DNA of 64,000 nt from Salinivirgaceae bacterium (GTDB lineage Bacteria > Bacteroidota > Bacteroidia > Bacteroidales > SZUA-534). The notes beneath the pieces were generated by a model. That model searched no databases and had not been told where the DNA came from. It saw only the letters and a list, made by a program, of their open reading frames with translations. Of this stretch, positions 28,279 through 35,829 are shown in pieces. Position 1 is the first letter of the stretch. Every line of letters begins with the position of its first letter. The position numbers and the translations under genes are program-made. The stretch spans positions 25,499 to 89,498 of the forward strand of contig JAFYYJ010000079.1 in the NCBI GenBank assembly GCA_017557605.1. The letters are read 5' to 3'.

Positions 28279-30132
28279 ATGATTAAAAGACTGCTATTTA
28301 CAACAGGGTTCGCATTTTGTATTCTTGGCTTGCAAGCACAAGAATACTTGTTACCGACAACGCTACAAACATCACATAATGAACACAATAGAGTGTTGAT
28401 GCGTAGTGTTTCGTCAACTGTGCAACTACCGTTTATCGACGATTTCAGCGGTAACAGCCAAAACCCCGACCAACAACTCTGGACCGACCGCGGCGTATGG
28501 ATTAACAACACTTTCGGCATCAACCCCTACTCAGTGGGAGTAGCCACTTTTGACGCCATCGACTCCGACGGCCGCCACTACGACCATGCAACAAGTCAAC
28601 CGTATATTGCTGATTATCTGACATCGCAGCCAATCGATTTGTCGAAAGCCGACAAAAATTCGACATACCTGAGTTTCTACTATCAGCCGCAAGGCAACGG
28701 CAACGCCCCCGAAGCCGCCGACTCGCTTGTCCTGCAAATAACATCAGGTAACGGCGTGTGGACCAACCTTTGGGCAATGGCCGGAACCGACCTTGCCACA
28801 TTCCGCAGCAACGTGCTACACTTGCAGCCGAATCGTCCTGACACTCTGGAATTTGCACTTGTGATGCTGCCAATCAGCGAGTCTGAATATTTTACCGAGA
28901 AATTCCAATTCCGCTTCTTCAACTACGCCAGTCTCGCGGGCAGTTTTAACCCGTCGGCGGCAATCAACTGCGACCATTGGAATATCGATTTTGTCTATCT
29001 GAACGACGGTCGCTCAGCTGCCGACACCGTCTTCTACGACATTGCTCTGGTGGAACCGGCAGCCACTATCTTGAAGAATTTCACATCGATACCGTGGTCG
29101 CACTACGAGTCGGCAATCAACACTGAGAACACGCGGCTTAACATTCATGTGCGCAACCATTGGGACCGCACCATGAAGGCCGAAGTGCGAATCCGCATCA
29201 AAGACGTTGACAACGACGTCTACCTAAACGACTCAGTCACAATGGGAACCATAAATTTTGAAGGCCTTTTGAACACCAACAAACTTTATGCCTACGATGA
29301 TAACCCGATTGTGTACGACAGTCGCGAAAGCGCAACATATCTATTTGAATGCGAGCTCAATACCGACAAAGATGAACTTATTGCCGGCAACAACCGAAGC
29401 TATACCTACCAGCATTTTGGCAACTACTACGCATACGATGACGGCACTGCTGAAAACGCATACGGCGTTGATGCCAACTCAGCGCAGGTGGCCTATCTCT
29501 ACGCAACGTATAAGGCTGATAATCTGCAAGGTTTGAGCATATGCTTCCTACCTTCGAATCCGGTGGAGAGTGCCGCCGACGCATTCAGCATTTGCGCTTG
29601 GGAAAACAACAATGGCAAACCTGGCCGTCTGATTGCCAGCACCGATGTGGTACGCCCGGCCTTTGGCGAGGGCCAGAACCAATTTATGGACTTTGAGTTC
29701 AGCGAGCCGATAGCCGTTGACAAGAGCGTGTTTGTAGGGTGGCAGCAATCATCGAAACTGAGGCTCAACGTGGGCTGGGACGTCAACCGATACAGCCAGA
29801 GCAAGATTTTCTACAATACCAGCGGCGAGTGGCTGCCGACAAGTTTCACCGGCTCACTCATGGTTCGTCCGATATTCGGGCATATGAGTACCGATATCAC
29901 AGATACAAAATATGTTAGCGGCATTTCAATTTACCCGAATCCGGCCAACGACATACTTAACATTGAGGGTGCCGATAGCGATTGCCGCGTGTCGGTTTAC
30001 TCACTAACCGGACAAGCTCTGATTCGCGAAAGCGGAAACAATATCAATGTATCAATCTTGCAATCAGGAATTTATCTTATCAAAATAGAAAGCGGCGACC
30101 AATCGGCTTTGCTGAAATTTGTAAAACAATAA
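28279..30132 (+). CDS. T9SS type-A sorting-domain protein of unknown function
   Basis: Signal MIKRLLFTTGFAFCILGLQAQ. C-terminus ISIYPNPANDILNIEG...GIYLIKIESGDQSALLKFVKQ. Confidence 0.7.
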   Translation: MIKRLLFTTGFAFCILGLQAQEYLLPTTLQTSHNEHNRVLMRSVSSTVQLPFIDDFSGNSQNPDQQLWTDRGVWINNTFGINPYSVGVATFDAIDSDGRHYDHATSQPYIADYLTSQPIDLSKADKNSTYLSFYYQPQGNGNAPEAADSLVLQITSGNGVWTNLWAMAGTDLATFRSNVLHLQPNRPDTLEFALVMLPISESEYFTEKFQFRFFNYASLAGSFNPSAAINCDHWNIDFVYLNDGRSAADTVFYDIALVEPAATILKNFTSIPWSHYESAINTENTRLNIHVRNHWDRTMKAEVRIRIKDVDNDVYLNDSVTMGTINFEGLLNTNKLYAYDDNPIVYDSRESATYLFECELNTDKDELIAGNNRSYTYQHFGNYYAYDDGTAENAYGVDANSAQVAYLYATYKADNLQGLSICFLPSNPVESAADAFSICAWENNNGKPGRLIASTDVVRPAFGEGQNQFMDFEFSEPIAVDKSVFVGWQQSSKLRLNVGWDVNRYSQSKIFYNTSGEWLPTSFTGSLMVRPIFGHMSTDITDTKYVSGISIYPNPANDILNIEGADSDCRVSVYSLTGQALIRESGNNINVSILQSGIYLIKIESGDQSALLKFVKQ

Positions 30133-30137
30133 TCGCA

Positions 30138-31208
30138 ATGGTGGACGACGAGTTGGACAATATTGATGACGAACTCGACGAAGGCAGTCAAACCGAATCT
30201 GACGGCCAGAATCTGTATGAGCATTTCCGCTTCGAGGTTGACCGCGGACAGGGAATGTTACGCATCGATAAGTTCCTGCAAATGAAGATTGAAAATGCGT
30301 CGCGCACCAAAATTCAGGCTGCAGCCGATGCCGGTTTCATCATTGTCAACGGCTCGTCGGCGCGGGCCAACTATCGCGTAAAACCGGGCGATGTTATTCG
30401 GGTGATGCTCACCTATCCGCAACGCGAAATTGAAATCATCCCCGAAGACATCCCATTAGACATTGTGTATGAGGACGATAGCCTTGTGGTTGTGAACAAA
30501 CCGGCCGGAATGGTTGTGCACCCGAGCTATGGACACTACACTGGCACGCTCATCAATGCGCTGGCCTACCGCTATAACGATTTGCCCATTTTCAATGGTG
30601 GCGACGCTCGTCCGGGACTCGTTCATCGAATCGATAAAAACACTTCAGGATTGTTGGTTGTGGCAAAAACCGAACGAGCTAAAGCGCACATTTCCAGGCA
30701 GTTTTTTAACCACACATCGCACCGGCGCTATGTAGCTTTAGTGTGGGGCGAACTACGCGACGATGAGGGCACTATTATTGGAAAGATAGGCCGGAACGTG
30801 CGTAACCGCCAGATTATGGATGTTTTCCCAATGGATGTTCCAATGGGCAAACACGCTGTGACACATTACCGTGTGCTCGAAAAATTTGGTTATGTCACGC
30901 TGGTTGAATGCCGCCTTGAGACCGGCCGCACACATCAAATCCGTATTCACATGAAATTCATCGGGCACCCGCTTTTCAACGACCCCGAATATGGCGGACG
31001 CGAGATTCGCTGCGGCACCACGTTTGCCAAATACAGCCAATTTGTTGAGAACTGCTTTACTTTGCTGCCCGGTCAGGCTCTGCACGCCAAGGAGTTAGGC
31101 TTCGACCACCCTGTAACCGGCGAGCGGATGATGTTCGACTCCGAACTGCCCGACAATTTTAAGACGCTAATTGACCGTTGGCGAACTTACACAAACTCAA
31201 AGGATTAG
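30138..31208 (+). CDS. rluD: 23S rRNA pseudouridine synthase, RluA/RluD family
   Basis: S4-like N-terminus (RIDKFLQMKIENASRTKIQAAADAGFIIVNG). Catalytic HRIDKNTSGLLVVAKT and TGRTHQIRIH motifs. Start trimmed from 29982 to ATG 30138 to remove the overlap with the upstream gene. Confidence 0.85.
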   Translation: MVDDELDNIDDELDEGSQTESDGQNLYEHFRFEVDRGQGMLRIDKFLQMKIENASRTKIQAAADAGFIIVNGSSARANYRVKPGDVIRVMLTYPQREIEIIPEDIPLDIVYEDDSLVVVNKPAGMVVHPSYGHYTGTLINALAYRYNDLPIFNGGDARPGLVHRIDKNTSGLLVVAKTERAKAHISRQFFNHTSHRRYVALVWGELRDDEGTIIGKIGRNVRNRQIMDVFPMDVPMGKHAVTHYRVLEKFGYVTLVECRLETGRTHQIRIHMKFIGHPLFNDPEYGGREIRCGTTFAKYSQFVENCFTLLPGQALHAKELGFDHPVTGERMMFDSELPDNFKTLIDRWRTYTNSKD

Positions 31209-31210
31209 CA

Positions 31211-33178
31211 ATGCCTTGCGCCGCCAAACCCGAACTACTGCTGCCTGTTGGCAACATTGAAAGCCTATATGCCGCGCTTGAGGGCGGTGCCGACGCTATC
31301 TATTTGGGACTTAAGGCTTTCAATGCCCGCGGACGCGCCTCAAATTTCACAAACTCGCAATTTGCAGCCATTTGCCAACTTGCCGCACAAAAGCATGTAA
31401 AAGTGTACGTTACGCTCAACACCGTCATAAAAAACAACGAACTGCCAGATTTGCTCGATACGCTGCAATTCTTGTCGGAACAACGGATTGCGGGCGTCAT
31501 TATTCAGGATTGGGGTGTTTTCAGCCTGATGCGGCGGTATTTTCCGAAACTTGTGGCGCACGCTAGCACACAAATGGTCAACCACAACTCTGTTGGCGCA
31601 AACCACTGCCAACAAATTGGTTTTAAACGTGTTGTACTTGCCCGCGAACTGACAATCAAAGAGTTGCAACTAATTCACCAACGCACCAATATCGAAACCG
31701 AAGTGTTTGTTCACGGTGCGCTATGTTATTCGGTATCAGGACTTTGCCTGTTCAGCAGCTATTTGGGCGGTGCCGGTGCCAACCGCGGACTCTGCACTCA
31801 GCCGTGCCGCCGGTTCTACAACTGTCAAGGACAAAAACGCACCTTCTTCAGCATGAAGGATAACCAACTGATTGACAAGATTAAAGACCTTGCACAAATG
31901 GGTGTTTCGTCGCTCAAAGTGGAAGGACGGCTCAAGTCGGGTGAGTATGTTTACACAGTAGCGCAAGCCTACCGCAAAGTCATTGATGATGAAATGGTTA
32001 TCGATTCGGTTGACGATTTAAGCCGCCCGAAAACACAATGGTTTATGGGCCGCAGCATTGCCGAGTCGATTGCCGACAACCCGAACACGGGTCTATTGAT
32101 TGGCAAAGTCACTGATTGTCATGACGGTACGATTGTTTTCACTACCAACATTGAGTTGTCCAAAGGCAACCGTATGCGCATTCGTACCGATGCCGACACC
32201 GACCAGAACGCCTTTGTACTCGACAACTTCCGTGTTGTTGACGGTGTTTGCACCGCAAAAGGCTTCCGAGGCAACGCCACCGCCGGCACCGACATCTACC
32301 TGACCGCTTTCCGCAATCAAAAATTCGGAACCGAACTGCCAACCTCCGGCCGCCACGACGTACGGATGCCACTGGCAATGAAGAAAAACATAATTGGCAA
32401 TATCCGCAAACAACTGACAGCCAAGCCGAAATCCGCAACCATTGTGCGAATTGATAACCTTGATTGGATGCAATGTGCGGCACTGCAAAAAGCCGACATT
32501 GTGGTTTTGTCGCTGCCGATGCTCGAGTGGCAGAACTTCTTGACTACAAACAAGATAAATGGCTCAATGCTGCAAAAAATATGGTTTGAATTGCCTCCGT
32601 TTGTGAGCGAGACGCAAATTGAGCGCGTCAGAAAATTTTGCTCCGCATTGGCACAAAAAGGAGTTAATCGTTTTGTTTTGAGCCATTTGTCACAAAGCGC
32701 AATGTTGCCGCCACATAGCCGTTTTGCCACCAACGAAGCGGTTTACGCCTACAACGATGCCGCCGCACAGTGGCTCAAACAACAAGGCGCCGAGTGGTTT
32801 TGCAGCCCTGCGGAAAACGAGTACGAGAACCTACTCACCGGAGCTTGCCGCGAGGCTGTGATTCCCGTCTATTTCCGCCCGCGATTGTTCACCTCACGAA
32901 TGCCCATAAAATTGTCAACAAACCAGTTCTCCGACGAGCGTAAAAACCGCTACCAGCGCCACCGCGTGAATGGTCTGACAATTATCACGCCAGAGCAACC
33001 AGTCTGCATCACACAGTATGCCAACAAGTTGCGCGGCAAAGGCTTCGGTCGGTTTCTAATCGATTTAACCTTCGAACCAACCGACAACACCCACCTTACC
33101 CGTCTGCTGAAACTGCTCGCCACTTCGGAAGGCATTCAGGGAACATCAGCGTTCAATTTTAAAAAGGGATTGAGATAA
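31211..33178 (+). CDS. U32-family peptidase-like protein
   Basis: PELLLPVGNIESLYAALEGGADAIYLG, YVTLNT and ALCYSVSGLCLFSSYLGGAGANRGLCTQPCRR motifs are typical of the U32 family. Confidence 0.8.
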   Translation: MPCAAKPELLLPVGNIESLYAALEGGADAIYLGLKAFNARGRASNFTNSQFAAICQLAAQKHVKVYVTLNTVIKNNELPDLLDTLQFLSEQRIAGVIIQDWGVFSLMRRYFPKLVAHASTQMVNHNSVGANHCQQIGFKRVVLARELTIKELQLIHQRTNIETEVFVHGALCYSVSGLCLFSSYLGGAGANRGLCTQPCRRFYNCQGQKRTFFSMKDNQLIDKIKDLAQMGVSSLKVEGRLKSGEYVYTVAQAYRKVIDDEMVIDSVDDLSRPKTQWFMGRSIAESIADNPNTGLLIGKVTDCHDGTIVFTTNIELSKGNRMRIRTDADTDQNAFVLDNFRVVDGVCTAKGFRGNATAGTDIYLTAFRNQKFGTELPTSGRHDVRMPLAMKKNIIGNIRKQLTAKPKSATIVRIDNLDWMQCAALQKADIVVLSLPMLEWQNFLTTNKINGSMLQKIWFELPPFVSETQIERVRKFCSALAQKGVNRFVLSHLSQSAMLPPHSRFATNEAVYAYNDAAAQWLKQQGAEWFCSPAENEYENLLTGACREAVIPVYFRPRLFTSRMPIKLSTNQFSDERKNRYQRHRVNGLTIITPEQPVCITQYANKLRGKGFGRFLIDLTFEPTDNTHLTRLLKLLATSEGIQGTSAFNFKKGLR

Positions 33179-33180
33179 TC

Positions 33181-34341
33181 TCACCTATTTCCCTTTGCCC
33201 GATTGTGCGTTTTGCAGAGCATCTGGCAATTTTTGATGTCGGTTGCTCCGCCACGGCTCCACGCTGTAACGTGGTCGGCGTCCATCTCTTTGAGTTGCCA
33301 AATTTTGGTTTTGTTATTGGTGTCCGATAATGCGCAAAGCGGACAGTTGCTTATGCCTTTTTCCTTTGCGTCGGCGGTTTGCTTTGCATATACACTTTTT
33401 ATTACGCTCGGCTCAAATAATCTGATATTCAACAGACTCTTATCAACCTCGCCTCCTAAAATATACTCGAAAATTCCCTTCTTGTCCTCAACGTAATCAT
33501 CGGCCATAAGAGTTTGAACACGCTCCGAAACTTTTGCTGGATTGTAGGCATTCTTGTGATAAAGTTCGTACATACGCCCCCACTCCAAACCACACATACT
33601 ACTTTCCACATCACTGAAAACTGATGATACCCAATTTATTACGGCATTGAAATACAACTTTAATTCGTTGATATTGTTGTCGTAACGATGCTGACTCATA
33701 TAACCGCTAACATCGTTGCTTTTGCTAACCCACTGCAACGCACGCTCAAGAATCTCTTGCCGCTTAACATCTCCTTTAATGTAAGCTTTCCATTTTGAGA
33801 CATTTGCGTTTTGTGAATTGCTAAACTCCTCTTTTGCAAGCGTTACAAATGGCCCTGAAAATATGGCGTTTAACTTTTCTTGCTCGTTAAGCGGCACGCC
33901 GACAATATTTATCGTTTTGAACCACTCTTTTATCTCTACTTCTGTTCCTTCGCATTCGTAAACTAGCAATTTGGTTTGCATAATCATTTCTTGCAGATTT
34001 GTTGCCAAACCGCTGAAATACTGCTCCATACCATTGATTTTTATGGCGAAATTTCCTTTTACAAAACGTCCGAGACTCGTTATTCGCTGCTGACCATCAA
34101 GCACTTCCAATTGGCCGCCATCAACCTTATTAAAGTATATTAAACCTAACGGATAACCTTTCAAAACCGATTCAATCACTGCCACATCTTTTTTGCCGTC
34201 GGCATAGATGTAATTGCGCTGATATTCAGGCTGAATTGTCAATCTACCCGAAAGTCCGAACAAACCTTTTCCTTCATATTCATTGTAAACAAATCCGTTA
34301 CAAATTTCCTCAATCGTGTATTGTTTTAATTCGGTTATCAT
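33181..34341 (-). CDS. DUF262 (ParB-like nuclease superfamily) protein with a C-terminal HNH endonuclease module
   Basis: [11 protein letters not shown] and DGQQRITSL (DUF262 signature). [23 protein letters not shown]-terminus CPLC...[32 protein letters not shown] (HNH). Lower GC than neighbours. Confidence 0.8.
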   Translation of the reverse strand: MITELKQYTIEEICNGFVYNEYEGKGLFGLSGRLTIQPEYQRNYIYADGKKDVAVIESVLKGYPLGLIYFNKVDGGQLEVLDGQQRITSLGRFVKGNFAIKINGMEQYFSGLATNLQEMIMQTKLLVYECEGTEVEIKEWFKTINIVGVPLNEQEKLNAIFSGPFVTLAKEEFSNSQNANVSKWKAYIKGDVKRQEILERALQWVSKSNDVSGYMSQHRYDNNINELKLYFNAVINWVSSVFSDVESSMCGLEWGRMYELYHKNAYNPAKVSERVQTLMADDYVEDKKGIFEYILGGEVDKSLLNIRLFEPSVIKSVYAKQTADAKEKGISNCPLCALSDTNNKTKIWQLKEMDADHVTAWSRGGATDIKNCQMLCKTHNRAKGNR

Positions 34342-34358
34342 AGCGTTAAAATTTTGAT

Positions 34359-35492
34359 TTATTGTTTTTTACGAATCAATATTTTTGCATAGCAACTTAT
34401 CAAACGACCTGTTTCGTCTCTATAACATAGTTTACCACGACGAAAACCTTTATCTTCTTTGAATAAGCGCTTACAATCATCTGCCGACAGATTTGCGCTA
34501 ATGCCGTACGATATTCCTAATTCGCCACCATTACCAATTCCAACAATCTCAAATTGTTCAGGGCAATATTTTTCCAAAAATGTAATAGGCACCCCCATAA
34601 CACCATCATAATCAGACGGAATCGCGTCGGTATATGGTACCTCAATGGCGTCATAATTTTCATAATGAAAATACTTTCCACCTCGAACTTCTTTATGACT
34701 GCTAAATTTTATATTATCAGCCATACTCATCAATTGTAACGGTTGGTGACGGCGACCGTGGTCAATATTAGTAAACCAACAGGAAGCAACATTTGATAAT
34801 GAATCATTATCCTCGTTGGTTGGATTGGTATAAAACCACATTCCACCGCTCCATTCTGTTCGTCCCGCCCAAATTCTATTTGCTTTAATAAGAGGAAAAA
34901 CTTCTTTGTATGAAATACAGTTTTTGTTACCAATAATCAAAAATCTTTTATCTGTTTCCACTAACCACGCTAAAAACTCGCGAAACAGAGAAAATGGCGG
35001 ATTGGTTACGATTATGTCTGCTTCATCACGTAACAGTTTAACTTCATCGCTTCGGAAATCACCATCACCTTCAAGATACTGCCATTGCAAATCGTCGATG
35101 TCGATTTTTCCATTTGCATTAGTATCGTGGTCAAGCACAAATATTTTGCCGCAACGTTTCGATTTGTCAAGGTTGAAAAGAGGATTTTCGGTTTCAAAAA
35201 GTGTTGGCTGCCAATCGGTTTTATACTTTTTGCTTTCAACGGCGAAACTTGTGCTGATGAGTTTCTTTAATCCAAAATTTTCAAAATTTTGAGCGAAAAA
35301 CTTTGTAAAGTTGCTCCATTCAGGGTCATCGCACGGAAGTAAAATGGTTTTGCCACGAAACACATCAGGATTGTACTCCAAATAAGCATTTACTTCCTTC
35401 TGAATATCAGGATATTGTGTATAAAACTCATCATTTTGGGCTTTTTTGGCCACAACCAAGTTTGTATGCGCCATAGTGTTTAACTTGTGCAT
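34359..35492 (-). CDS. N6-adenine DNA methyltransferase (EcoRI-methylase-like family)
   Basis: [20 protein letters not shown] (NPPF motif IV). N-terminus [11 protein letters not shown] is typical of the EcoRI-methylase-type family as I recall it. 17-nt gap to the downstream nuclease gene. Start is ambiguous: GTG 35507, ATG 35492 or ATG 35474. Confidence 0.75.
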   Translation of the reverse strand: MHKLNTMAHTNLVVAKKAQNDEFYTQYPDIQKEVNAYLEYNPDVFRGKTILLPCDDPEWSNFTKFFAQNFENFGLKKLISTSFAVESKKYKTDWQPTLFETENPLFNLDKSKRCGKIFVLDHDTNANGKIDIDDLQWQYLEGDGDFRSDEVKLLRDEADIIVTNPPFSLFREFLAWLVETDKRFLIIGNKNCISYKEVFPLIKANRIWAGRTEWSGGMWFYTNPTNEDNDSLSNVASCWFTNIDHGRRHQPLQLMSMADNIKFSSHKEVRGGKYFHYENYDAIEVPYTDAIPSDYDGVMGVPITFLEKYCPEQFEIVGIGNGGELGISYGISANLSADDCKRLFKEDKGFRRGKLCYRDETGRLISCYAKILIRKKQ

Positions 35493-35547
35493 TGCACCAT
35501 TAAACACTTTGAAATCAGGCTATAAGAAAGGTGCGTACCTTCCTACT

Positions 35548-35719
35548 CGCGTTCACGGGGAAGCCTGAGAAGAAACCCCGCCCACACCGTATAGTCTGGC
35601 CGCACCAAGCGGTACAGACTACTACACAGTGTGGAAAGGGCAACTCAAAGCCACCCGTGAACAATCAGCCTATTTCGGTTAAAAGAAATAGTTTCTCAGG
35701 CTTTTTCTTTTTGAACGCG
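35548..35719 (-). ncRNA. candidate structured RNA / 5' leader upstream of the MTase-nuclease pair (strand uncertain)
   Basis: Nested perfect helices: 35548-35555/35712-35719 (8 bp); 35561-35571/35693-35703 (11 bp); 35670-35676/35685-35691 (7 bp); composite hairpin 35582-35587/35629-35634 + 35592-35598/35615-35621 + 35600-35603/35609-35612. Alternative 9-bp pairing 35551-35559/35654-35662. No plausible coding potential. Minus strand was chosen from gene context. A U-tract after 35703 on plus leaves a plus-strand sRNA possible. Confidence 0.4.
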
Positions 35720-35780
35720 AATAACAGTCAATGCTGATTAATAATATGTTATACTCTCGCAAAATGCGGAAGCAATGAAA

Positions 35781-35788
35781 CAAAGATA
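35781..35788 (-). promoter_or_regulatory. possible -7 promoter box (TATCTTTG on minus) upstream of the structured element and MTase
   Basis: CAAAGATA on plus. This is the only TAnnTTTG match between the SNF2 stop (35830) and the MTase start. It would give a leader of about 270 nt containing the structured element. Confidence 0.3.
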
Positions 35789-35829
35789 AAAAAATGTTGG
35801 CTGACGGAATAAGTGGAAACAGGAAAAAA

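Noticed and set aside
35561-35620. CUGAGA...ACCC and CCGUAU...UCUGG on the plus strand, superficially reminiscent of a TPP (THI-box) riboswitch
   Set aside because: It lacks the conserved CCUGAUCUGG..AUAAUGCCAGCG pyrophosphate-sensor helix. No thiamine gene is downstream in that orientation. I also found no hammerhead CUGAUGA...GAAA core.
35548-35719. Possibility that the structured element is a known housekeeping RNA (SRP/4.5S, 6S, RNase P, tmRNA)
   Set aside because: It lacks the GGAAGCAGCC-type SRP domain IV motif and is too short for RNase P or tmRNA. Its multi-branch topology is unlike the 6S rod. This was judged from memory only, and Rfam should still be run.
35531-35737. 68-aa plus-strand ORF (GTG start) covering the intergenic element upstream of the MTase
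   Set aside because: It has a non-ATG start and a Pro/Lys/Gln-rich low-complexity translation. It coincides exactly with the nested helices, so the complementarity is better explained by RNA/DNA structure than by coding.
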